64,000 nt of DNA from Utricularia gibba (taxonomy: Eukaryota; Plantae; Magnoliophyta): contig NEEC01000018.1 in assembly GCA_002189035.1 (NCBI GenBank), positions 248,001-312,000 on the forward strand, written 5' to 3'. The first letter of the stretch is position 1. The number at the start of each line of letters is the position of its first letter. The position numbers were made by a program, and so were the translations under genes. Positions 12,652-23,404 of this stretch are shown piece by piece. Under the pieces are notes generated by a model, which had not been told where the DNA came from, ran no database searches, and saw only the letters and a program-made list of their open reading frames with translations.

Positions 12652-13427
12652 TTGGGAGGTCATGGTATAGCTCGGGATAACCATGAGAGACTACTTGCCA
12701 TTCCGTTGACCCTTTAGACATTCGACTGGTGGTCTCTCCAATCAATGGGAAGATCACTCTAGATGTAACTCTCGAGCACACAACTTCACTCGAAGTGAAG
12801 TATTTGAATTTGTGGTGGCAAACTTCAATATGACCAACAATGCCATCTATGGAAGAATAAGAATCAATATCTTCTAGATGATTCCTTCCATGATTCACGT
12901 GAAGGTCAAGTTCCTTTTCTTTATTTCTTGCTTAGCTATCAAGATGTTTTCACTCAAGAAGGAAGTGACTTCAATGGCATCAACAAGGAAATCATCTACC
13001 ATAAAATAAATACTAACTATGCAACCTGAACAGTCACACAAAAAGAGAAAATGACATTAGTAAGGCAAGCTATATCCAATAAGTACAACACTTATAGTAA
13101 ACAGTGATATATGTCATTTCACAACAAATTTTAAGAAAAAATAAAACATAAAATATAAAAGGTCATTGTACGAATATTGATCATAGAGATTTGATTTTCA
13201 AAAGAAAAATAAAGTTTAAATTGAATACAAACTATCACGATTTTGTAAATGTGATCATAATGGTATATAACAAAAACAAATTTAAATGATAAATTTTAAA
13301 TAAAATAACTATTCTTGAGATTATAATCCTTTCTAACTATATTTGTTGTACTCCACTCATCTCTATTCTATATGGTTCTTTTAGATAGTCAGTTATAGGA
13401 ACAAAGAGTTGTCTACATTCACTTATA

Positions 13428-14320
13428 TTGTTGGTAGAGTTTAGTGATGTGTTTCCAAAGGAATTACTCAGCCCAATGCCCGAAAGGGAGATAGAGTTTG
13501 ACATTGACCTTGTAGAGGGGATGGAGCCTATTTTGCAAGCACCGTATAGAATGACACTGGTGGAAATGAAAGAGTTGAAAACTCAGCAGGAGGACTTACA
13601 GGCCAAAGGTTTCATACAGCCAACTTTTAATAAGATTATTCTTATGTATCATTTTCCTATCTCATAGCTAGATTATTTACTTGTTCAAATACCTGATCTT
13701 ATGGTATTTGGTAAAATTGAACTAAAAAGCGCTTATAATCATATTTGAATTTGATTTGAGTATAAGTGGAGGACAACTTTTAACACTTAAGAAGGCCTTA
13801 TGAATGGATTGTTATGCCACAAAGTACTTTTATGAAGATCACAAATTAGTGACTTTGATCATTTATTGGTATTCTATTTTACCAATATATTAATTTTTAG
13901 TGCTAACCTCAAGATGCATAGATGTCATGTGTGAGAGGTGCTTCGAGTTTTGTGGCAAGAACAATTATATGCAACAACAAGCAACTGTATCATGTTCCAT
14001 TATCAAAGGATCCATGGTCTACCATCCTTTTATCGAAAACTTATTCCACTCTTTAATTTTCTAGTGGCTTCCATAACGGATGGTATGTAACTTCAAGTGA
14101 ACAACTACAATTGAAGAAGCTTTTGTACAATTTAATCAAATTCTAACTGCGACCCTGCTAGTTGTGTTGCTAGATTTTTCTAGCCCCTTTAAACTGCATT
14201 GTGACAACTCTTCTATTGGAATTTATGCAGTATTAGCCCAAGCAAAAAAGCCAATAGCATATTTCAATGAAACATTGGGGCAAGATAAGGCAGGGTACTC
14301 CACTTATCACTTGAAAGGGT
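13428..14320 (+). mobile_element. Degenerate Ty3/gypsy pol (RT-RNase H) remnant
   Basis: EFSDVFPKEL..MPEREIEFDIDL...APYRM...ELK.Q..DL..KGFIQP, followed by eroded K(I)DLKSxYxxI and LxDFSxPFxLHCD...GIxAVLxQ..KPIAYFxE motifs with stops. Confidence 0.8.
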
Positions 14321-14917
14321 ATGTTCCGCACACATTTTAGAAAATGAGAAATAAGTGTGTTTTGTAAAATTATTAATTTCTTATTTGGAGAATGCAAAAT
14401 GAGAATTACTAGTTATTTCAATAAGATTTTGTTCTTTCAATGGAACATGATACTTTGCAGCACATTAATCCAGAAGGCAAGGTTTTTGCAAAGCATGCAA
14501 AAACGGTTTTGCTTATCTGCAACAATATTTGTTTTGTAGCAAACATAATGATAGTGCTGGAATCGTGTGGCTAACGCCTTGAGTAGAAAGCCAAGTTGTT
14601 TACTAGCTTTAGTGTTTCAACAATGGATTTTGAGCTCATCCATGATTTGGATGGATACCTGTTAGAATATGAATGCAAATGTGTAATACAAGCTATCACC
14701 GGCACATGCTTGCTTCCTTCCACCTTTCAGTGTAAAATCAACAGAAGGAGGTTCAAATTGTTTACAATGAGCAGATTTTTTCACGCCAGAACCTGAACTG
14801 CAATCCCTGTCTCGGGTTCTTATGTTCTAAGGATAAGATAAAAATGTGATCCAAAGCAGTTAATATTCAGTTATTTGATTGTGTGAAATCCCAGGAAAAT
14901 GATCAATGATATGCCAG

Positions 14918-16657
14918 TTAAAAGACAGTCTGGGAAGGTTTACTCTCTTGGAGGGAAATAACGGTTTCGAATGCTCCAACCAGGGCTTTAACCTTGCTTT
15001 TCCTTGTTACAGCAAGCTTACTTGCAGTTTCTTCGATGACGTTATTGAGTAAACCTTGAGCATCCTTCTTGTCTTGTACATCTTGATGCTTTAGAACAAC
15101 CTTCTGTGACGAAATCTCTGATACAGGAGCAGCATCAGTGATCGCTGCAGTGAGAGACACTTTTCCCAGCAAATCAATCTTGCTGCTGCCTTCATTTCCA
15201 TGTGGCCCTGGCCTCCGAAATCGGAGTCTCCTTGGCGTAGCCGTATCACACTGTCGGTCCAACACCTTCCCACTTTTGAACTTCAGCTTTACAGGAAAGA
15301 TATTGGCCGCATCTTCAGAGACTGACACCTGCCCTTTTTTCAAAGTCATGTTCTGGTTATCTTTTGTGGCTGGTCCCTTGGTCTTCACAGACTGTTTTTT
15401 TGAAAATATTTTGGCTTCAACCCCAGTGACCCCAGGACCGGTTGATACTGAAAGTGACGAGCCAATAACCTTGTCTGAGACTTTCGGAACCTTTTCCTCC
15501 GTTTCTATACTTATACCTTGTACGGCTTTGTTAATTGCCTTCTCAGAGGTCGACATTCCAGTTTTAACCCTTCGTACCCCACTCTGGTCTTTGAGAGAAG
15601 AAATCAGTTTTAACTGTCCAGCTTTTCTCAGTTTGAATGATGACGATTTACTAAAACGTTGCAATGCAGACTTAGAAGGCTCTGAATCCCCTTTAGCAGA
15701 CACTTTTAATGCTGCCTTAGCAAGAGAGCGTCCAGAGACCACATCTGGAACAGGTGGATGTAATACTTGTTTCGGGGACACCTTGATCACTGGCCTAATT
15801 TGACCCCTTTCATATTCAGGAATTTGTCTTCCCTTTAAGTAATTACCACTTGATCTTTTAAAAGAACACGATAGTTTACCTATAGCAGCCTTCGAGTTTA
15901 GTGCAGCTGAATGCTTCTTCGGCAGACAAGTCTTCACATTCATCTCCTTTGGCAGGTTACTGTCAACTGAGGAACCTTGTTCCTTTGAAATCCCAACTAT
16001 CTCAGTTGGGAAGCATACATTCTTGATGATTTCTGGGGGATCAGGCGAAGAATGCTTCTTCTCAGTCGAAGATCTGGTCTTTAAACCAAATTTAGCTTTA
16101 GCATCCGGGGTAATCTTAGACTTCGACAAATGTGTCTTTGCATCCTGAAAATTCAGTTCAAGTGAGTGCCTCCTTTTCTCATCTAACTTTTTAAATCTGG
16201 AACGATTCTCCTTATCGATGGAAGCATCCGGAGATTGCCGAGTCGAACTGATCTTAGGAGACAGCTTGTCCTTAGATGAACGATGGTCTCTAGCCTCTTC
16301 AGATAGCTCGTGATTGACAAACTTATCCTTCTCAAGACTGACCATGCCGTCAGCTGAATCTTTACCTGGCCTTCTCCTTGCCTTCCACGGCTTCTCCTCA
16401 AATGTATGTTTTCGACCATACTTACACATATCATGGCAAGAACCAGTAGAAGGCTGCATGTAACGAGAAGCCACATTGTGACAGCTTGAATGAGATAGGG
16501 ACTCCTGGGACAGAATTTTTGTCGAACTATCAACATCGCTGATGGAACCAACTGATTTTTTAGATACAGTAAAACCATCTGATGCACTTGGACAAATAAC
16601 AGACTTGATCATTCTTTCAGGCGTAATAATTGAATCACTAGTATCCTCTTCAGCCAT
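14918..16657 (-). CDS. Plant calmodulin-binding domain protein (CaM_binding/PF07839-type C-terminus), 579 aa, single coding exon
   Basis: Long open frame from ATG 16657 (MAEEDT). N-terminal SRYMQPSTGSCHDMCKYGRKH motif and C-terminal LLNNVIEETASKLAVTRKSKVKALVGAFETVISLQ, typical of this family. Confidence 0.88.
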   Translation of the reverse strand: MAEEDTSDSIITPERMIKSVICPSASDGFTVSKKSVGSISDVDSSTKILSQESLSHSSCHNVASRYMQPSTGSCHDMCKYGRKHTFEEKPWKARRRPGKDSADGMVSLEKDKFVNHELSEEARDHRSSKDKLSPKISSTRQSPDASIDKENRSRFKKLDEKRRHSLELNFQDAKTHLSKSKITPDAKAKFGLKTRSSTEKKHSSPDPPEIIKNVCFPTEIVGISKEQGSSVDSNLPKEMNVKTCLPKKHSAALNSKAAIGKLSCSFKRSSGNYLKGRQIPEYERGQIRPVIKVSPKQVLHPPVPDVVSGRSLAKAALKVSAKGDSEPSKSALQRFSKSSSFKLRKAGQLKLISSLKDQSGVRRVKTGMSTSEKAINKAVQGISIETEEKVPKVSDKVIGSSLSVSTGPGVTGVEAKIFSKKQSVKTKGPATKDNQNMTLKKGQVSVSEDAANIFPVKLKFKSGKVLDRQCDTATPRRLRFRRPGPHGNEGSSKIDLLGKVSLTAAITDAAPVSEISSQKVVLKHQDVQDKKDAQGLLNNVIEETASKLAVTRKSKVKALVGAFETVISLQESKPSQTVF

Positions 16658-16691
16658 GCCAAGGGACAAACCAAATCCGGAACCCAAAAGC

Positions 16692-17101
16692 CTGGAATCA
16701 AAATTTACAATAAAAAAAAAAAATCTATTGGCTGCCGTGAAATCAAGAAGATTAAAAAATGGGGAAGATAATTTGAAAATCGATCAGCCAACGATCTTCA
16801 ATCTGGAAGCTAGAATATGAATCACACTGACAAAAAGAAAGGCTATTCTATTCCTCCAATCTTCACCAACAGTTCTATAAATCGATGGCATGTAAAACTA
16901 CAAGAAATACGAAAAAACCGAATAGAGATCTCAACTTTTGATGATGAGGATTTCAAAGAACCCAGGAATCCTGCCCCTCTCCACTTATTTCCGGAACTGC
17001 TCTTCCCTCGGTACGGCTTCACAATATGAAAAGCTTCAGGAATGATGACAAAACCACAAGCTGAAAGGATTTTCCAATGAACACAATCGACATACACTTA
17101 C
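16692..17101 (-). other. Probable 5'-UTR intron of the CaM-binding gene
   Basis: Minus-strand GTAAGT donor at 17101 and pyrimidine-rich TTGATTCCAG acceptor ending at 16692, 35 nt upstream of the ATG. The donor choice is uncertain. Confidence 0.45.
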
Positions 17102-17447
17102 AAGCACAAAACAATTGAGCGATCAAACAAATAATAACAGAAACCTCATCAGATACGCATCAAATCCACAACGATGATCCAGATCACTCCAAACAAGGGG
17201 AAAATCAAGATTGCGTGCAAGAAACGCGGTTTCCTTCGAGGAGAAGAAATTTTTTGGAAATGTAACAGGAAACCGGGAGGAGAGAGGTGGTGGGTAGCCG
17301 GGCGGTGGGAGGGAGGCGTCAACGATCTGATTGATTCTGCTTTACATATATAAATAAGATGTATTCGTCAAATTTCGGTAATCCGGTGCATAAAACGATG
17401 TACCACATTTAAAAAGCGGCTTATATATGACTCCAATCTCCGCTGAC

Positions 17448-17860
17448 TAGAGATGTCAATGGGCCGGGTTCGGTCCGGGTACTCTCAAAACCGAACCCGA
17501 CCCGAGGAACCTCTGTTGGGCCCAAACCCGAACCAAACCCGGAAAGGACCCGAACCTGAACCCGTAACCCAACACCCAATGGGTCCAATTTCGTTTCTAA
17601 TAGAAATTTAAATATGATTTAAAAGGTATATTTTTTAAATTTTCATTATAATAATTTTAAAAGTTAAAAGCATGAATTAAAATTAAAAATATATTAATTA
17701 TTAAGTTCATAAAAAAATTAAATTTTATTAATATTTTAAAAAATATTTTATATCGGTTCGGATTCGGGTTGTATGGGTCAAACAATTTGAACCCAAAACC
17801 GAACTCGTTCGGGTCAGTTTCGGTTGGGGTCCGGGTAGACCCGACCCATTGACATCTCTA
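17448..17860. mobile_element. Intact hAT-family MITE (413 bp)
   Basis: Perfect 16-bp TIR TAGAGATGTCAATGGG / CCCATTGACATCTCTA. Perfect 8-bp TSD CCGCTGAC at 17440-17447 and 17861-17868. ACCCGA-type subterminal repeats. Confidence 0.93.
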
Positions 17861-18549
17861 CCGCTGACCATACTAACCCAAACCCGATGTCAAAACCTGG
17901 TACCTCCCCAACCGCCTCCGCCCCCTCGAATAGCTATGAAGTAGTTATTTGTAATAGAAAAAAATTATATGCATTGATTATGGACAAAAACATTAATGAA
18001 TTACAAAAACATTAATGAATTACCCACCATTTTAATTATTGGTGAAGATATTATTAATATTTTATATTGTATATCAAATTGACTCACGGAGATGATTATT
18101 ATGTGGTGCTTATTTTATATTTAATTTGTCTATACAATCTTAGTTTATATTCCACAAATGGCATTGCCCCATTTTAGAAAGTAATGTATAGAGGAGATTA
18201 CAATGCGTATATCCCATTTTAGTTGCCTTTTTCTAATGCTCAACACATTCGTGAAAATGTGATTGTTTATGTCATTTGCAAAATTTATACATTTTCAATA
18301 TCTTAATATTTAAAATCGTTAAAATAAGGTTAGACACCTATTTAAATTGGAAAAGTGTAACGCATGTATTTTACTAGTGTGTTTGCATGCTTGAATAGAA
18401 TATGTTTCCTAGACACAAAATTGACGTTTATTCAACCAAAAAAAAGAAGGTGTCTGGACCGGATTCATCCGTGCAATTTTTGGACAGTGAAGTTTGCATT
18501 GAAGAGCCACTCACTGAAGGACACGTAAGTATTTATATCGTGGGTGTCT

Positions 18550-19715
18550 TAGGCTGTTTTGGAAACCAATTATATTCTACAAAATTCAATTCTATTTCCA
18601 TAGAATTGATTATATCTTTCAAACAAGTACCTGATTATTTTCTACAATTATTGATTTTTTAGAATCAATTCAAACCATGTTTGGAAAACATTAGAATCGA
18701 TTCTATTATGAATGATGCTAAATATACCTGATTACTTATTTCAAATGTATATCAAATTTTATTCTATAAAATTTATTTTTAATAATCACTTAAATTCTAT
18801 GAGAATTATGAATATTAACTTTTACATGAGAATTGACTTTTAAAAATTGATTTTAAAATTGAATTTATAATTATACTCCTATAAATAATTATAATTAATA
18901 ATATTATAAATAATTTAATTACCTTAATTTAAAAATTATAATTTAAGATAAATATATTTAAATTAAAGTAATTATGTAAATTATAATTTAAAAATTATAT
19001 AATATTTTTATAATACAAATGGTATATAAATTTTTTAAAATTATAAATTTATAAAATATAATTATTATTAGTATGGATAAACATGTCATTTATTTATTAA
19101 AATCAAATCTAATCTTTTATATTATAAACATAACTTAATTCTCTCAGAATCATTCTAAAAAAAACAGTTGCAAACATATATTATTTCTCATTTTATCAGA
19201 ATTTTCAACTCTTCCAAAATCAATTACGGAGTGATTTTTTCAAATGTGGACTCAATTTCTAGAGAAGAGTAGATGTGTAACTTTTTGTACAGATTTATTT
19301 TTTCAAAATTAATTTAATAACTGAATTTACTATTTTACCAATTTATTAATACATAATTAAAAATAATATTATTTTCTAAAATGAATACTAATTTGTATTT
19401 TTGTAAAAAAAATTATTCTAATTTTATGAATGGCATTTTACAAATTTTTAATTAATAATAAAAGAATCATTGATATTAAAAATTTTAAATAGTTTGATAA
19501 ATATTAATGATATATAATATATTTTATTAAATAAATGTATAAAATATAATTATTAGTAAATATGTAATTTAGTTATAAAAATCACTTATTATTTTTTTCA
19601 CTCCTAATATTAGTCAATTATATAATAATTATTTTCAAAAAAAATTCCAAACATATATTAATTCTCATTTTATTAGAATTTTCAATTTTATTAAAATAAA
19701 TTATGTAGTGATTAG
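18550..19715. repeat. AT-rich MITE-like remnants (possibly Tourist/PIF-derived) in the CNGC promoter region
   Basis: TGTTTGGAAA-type termini, and a duplicated block CAAACATATATTA(T/A)TTCTCATTTTAT.AGAATTTTCAA at ~19170 and ~19648. Confidence 0.35.
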
Positions 19716-19950
19716 GTTTTTGGCCATACTGTATGATAATTTTGGCCCATCCCATGTGTACATCCTACCAGTGTGGAAACTGTTGTACGTGTCAAAGAAG
19801 AACAAGTTCAAGTTTTCTTTTCTGCTCTCTCTTTCACCATCTTCTCAAGGCCTATGTATGTTGAAGAGTCACTTTAAATGAATTCCCATCCCCTTTGCAG
19901 GGTTAGCTTAAATTGCTGCCGTTTTCGGGATTGAGGGGTAAACGGGAAAA

Positions 19951-22443
19951 ATGGTGGAAAATTTTAGATGGTTTCGGATAATCCGGGTCGGGTTGGAGAA
20001 CGGAAAAGATGACGGCAGTGCCGAATGCTACGCCTGCACTAGAGACGGTGTCCCGAGTTTCCACTCCACTAGCTGCGACAAAGTGCACCAGCCAGAGTGG
20101 GAGTCCGCCGCCGGTTCCTCCTTGATTCCGATAAAAAATCAACCGGCAGCGCTGAATCACGGTTCGGCTGCGAGGAAGAAGGCTAGGGTAGGAGGCCTTC
20201 TCGACCCACGGTGCAAGCGCGTGCAGTTATGGAACAGGGTGTTTTTGCTGGCCCGTGGAGTGGCCTTGGCCATGGATTCCCTCATTTTTTACTCGCTGTC
20301 CATCGGAAGCGGCGGCTCTCCCTGTCTACATATAAATTTTTCGATGGCGGTGGCGATGACGGTGGCGCGTACATTTGTCGACGCCGTGCATATCTCGCAC
20401 CTCCGGCTACAGTTCCGGCTGGCGTATGTGTCGAAGGAATCCCTCGTTGTCGGGTCTGGCAAGCTTGTTTGGGATCCACGCGCCGTCGCCTTTCATTATC
20501 TCTGTTCCCTGAAGCTCTTCTGGTTCGATGTTTTCGTTATTCTTCCCGTTCCACAGGTATATTTACACCCCCTGAAATCGACTTTCACCACTTTCATTCC
20601 CCTGCATTTTACTGAGAATTCAATTCCAGATCGTATTTTGGGTGGTAGTTCCCAGATTGATGAGTGATGGGCGAATAAAACTGATGGTGACCGTTCTCCT
20701 CCTCGTCTTCTGGTTTCAATTCCTCCCCAAAATCTATCACTGCGTATGCTTAATGAGAAGAATGCAGAAAGTCACTGGATACCTTTTCGGCACACTTTGG
20801 TGGGGATTCGCCCTTAACCTCATAGCCTACTTCATTGCATCTCACGTAATCTTTCTTCCTCCAAACAATACCTTTCAATTTTTCTTGGAACTTCCTCAAT
20901 TCATCTTTGTTGTGCAGGTTGCGGGAGGATGCTGGTATATTCTGGCGATACACAGAGTGGCGTCGTGCGTGCAGCGGCAGTGCACGAGAAGCAGTTTCTG
21001 CAACTTGTCTTCTCGCTTGTCGGCGGCGGGGAGATTCAGCGTTGCTTGTGGTTCGAATTCGAGTAATTTGGCAATTCTGAAATCTTCGTGCTTGGATGAA
21101 AATGGTCCCTTCCGTTATGGGATCTACAAATGGGCTCTTCCCGTGGTCTCCAGCAAATCCACTGCTGTGAAGATTCTTTATCCCATTTTCTGGGGTCTGA
21201 TGACTTTAAGGTGAACGAAGCTTAATGATTCTGACTTAAACTTGTCTGGGGCTTCAATAAAAATCGAATCTTTTTCTCCATGCAGTACTTTTGGGAATGA
21301 GTTGGAGCCGACAAGCGAACTGCTTGAAGTGCTGTTCAGCATCTGCGCCGTGCTCAGCGGGATGATGCTCTTCACCCTTCTGATCGGAAACATCCAGGTT
21401 TTCCTTCAGGCAGTAATGGCAAGAAAGAGGAAAATACAACTCCGATGCAGAGATATGGAGTGGTGGATGCGGAGGAGGCAGCTGCCTCCGCCCTTAAGAC
21501 GACGAGTTCGACGACACGAGCGGCGGAGGTGGGCGGAAATGGGCTCCGACGACGAGGCCGAGCTCATAAAAGACTTCCCCGATGGGCTTCGGCGTGACAT
21601 CAAACGATTCCTCTGCCTTGATCTCATCAAGCGGGTACAAAAAATTCACGTGCAATATTATTCAAATACATATAAAAATGAAATAAAATTTTTTGATTCA
21701 TAAAAATGAAAATAAAAATACTTATGTTAACAATAATTTTCTTAAATTATAATTTTAGGTTCGGATTTCATGTGTTTATTCCTTTTATCTTTAGGTGCCG
21801 TTGTTTCACAGTTTAGATGATCTCATCCTTGACAACATATGCGACCGTGTAAAGCCCTTGATCTTCTCCCAAGGCGAAGAGGTGAAACTTCACGAAATAG
21901 TTCACTACGAGTACTTGTATCTGATACTGCATTTTGTTTCTGATGAAGATAATCCGGGAAGGTGATCTAGTGCAACGAATCGTGTTCATCGTTCAAGGCT
22001 GCGTGCGGAGCAGCCAGAGCTTGACCAGGGGAAGTGTGGCAACAAGCTCGCTTGAGCCAGGAGGGTTCTTTGGGGATGAGCTGTTTTCATGGTGCCTCTG
22101 TCGCCCTTTCTCCGATCGGCTGCCTTCGTCGTCAGCCACATACACTTGCATGGAACCCACGGAGGCTTACGGGCTTGATGCGGATGATTTGCGGTTTATA
22201 ACTGATCATTTTCGATACAAATTTGGGAGTGAGAGGGTGATGAGGACTAGCAGATACCACTCTTCCAAATGGAGGACTTGGGCAGCTGTTAACATTCAAA
22301 TGGGCTGGAGAAGGTACATCAACCGAAGGCGTGGGGCGTCCAGAAGTCATGGGATCGGGTAGGAGGAGGAGGAGGAGGAGAGGCGGCAGAGGAAATACGC
22401 TTCCCTTTTGATGTCAATTAGACCGCATGATCATCTTGATTGA
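19951..22443 (+). CDS. CNGC2: Cyclic nucleotide-gated channel, group IVb, CNGC2/DND1-like; exons 19951-20556, 20630-20845, 20918-21210, 21286-21634, 21795-21881, 21949-22443; in-frame TAG at 22360-22362
   Basis: ECYACT..GVPSFHSTSCD, LDPR.KRVQ.WNR, RLAYVSKESLVVG.GKLVWDPRA, KVTGY.FGT.WWGFALNLIAYFIASHVAGGCWY, CNBD GGFFGDEL.SWCL.RPF.DRLP.SSAT, IQ motif WRTWAAVNIQMGWRR and tail SIRPHDHLD. All introns are GT/AG and in phase. The true start codon is uncertain. Confidence 0.92.
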
Positions 22444-22859
22444 GAATTGAAATCATGGAAAACTTGGGTTATGCCTCAATGCGGCGAGGTTACAGAAAGA
22501 AAAATATATGGGTGCTCATGTATGCGATCGTGAATCCAATTTTTCATCTATTGTCCATTTATAATGATGAGTTATCATATTGGAAGATCTCCATAGCGAA
22601 AGGTGGACGTTTGACAGTCCAAGTCTGCTTCGAATTTGATAGACAAAAGATAGGATGAACTCTCAAGCTTATGTTTAAGAAACAAGAGTCTTGCATTGAA
22701 GAGAGTAGCCTAAAGAGAAAAAGGATTTATTTCAAGAAGAAGATAATCTTACAAGTTACGGATAACATCATATAAATAACCACAAAAAATAACAAAATTG
22801 ATACAAAAAAAGGGAACTAATAGCTTATGTGGGAGTTCTCAACCACATAACACAATCTA

Positions 22860-23160
22860 CGAAACTAGGATTGATCAGAACAATTGTGGAGATTTTACTC
22901 TTTAATAACATTTTGCTTTTCCAATGTCATATTCTAGCCTAACATCAGCTCGTCCAACACATGCAATTTTTTACTTGATTTATACAATTGGTATCCTTGA
23001 GATGCATCGCAAACCCCTGAACTCAATCAGTTTGGATTGAGAAGAAACACTCAACCATCTTAAAAACTCCCTCACGAGTGTTTTCCCATTCATTAAACCT
23101 AGACATGGGGTATTTATTTCAGGTCATACAGAGACTTAAGTAGCAGATATACTTTCTACT
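22860..23160 (-). mobile_element. Very degenerate Ty1/copia RT remnant
   Basis: Minus-strand LLKSLYDLK resembles the copia LKKSLYGLKQ motif. The surrounding sequence is full of stops. Confidence 0.4.
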
Positions 23161-23404
23161 ACTTTTAAAACTAGAGGCTACACATTATATATTTTTTTGG
23201 TAACTCATCATGGTTGACTAATTCATGTGCAATATAAGATGTTACTATTGATGTTGTATCAACTACGTGTGAAATAGGTATTTTATGATCTCAATTTCAC
23301 TATTCATCTTCATCAATTCATAGGTTTCTACCTACATTGAATTTTTTGTGTTGTGGGTTATAGATTATGTAACCTTTTGTTTCTTCACAATTTCCAATAA
23401 ATAT

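Noticed and set aside
15138-15803. 221-aa plus-strand ORF as an overlapping gene
   Set aside because: It is the antisense shadow of the CaM-binding CDS, with no motif or independent gene signals. The same applies to the shadow ORFs over the TBL, CNGC, SDH-like and MYB genes.
17984-18021. 19-bp tandem duplication ACAAAAACATTAATGAATT x2
   Set aside because: Real but ordinary slippage in AT-rich intergenic DNA, with no sign of function.
20846-20917. Read-through of the 72-nt CNGC intron as a novel 24-aa insertion
   Set aside because: It has canonical GT/AG ends, and splicing restores the conserved IASH|VAGGCWY junction; being stop-free and a multiple of three is probably chance.
22360-22365. 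Programmed stop-codon readthrough in CNGC2 as the main explanation
   Set aside because: The context UAG GAG does not match the known leaky UAG CAR YYA motif; a point mutation or base-call error is simpler.
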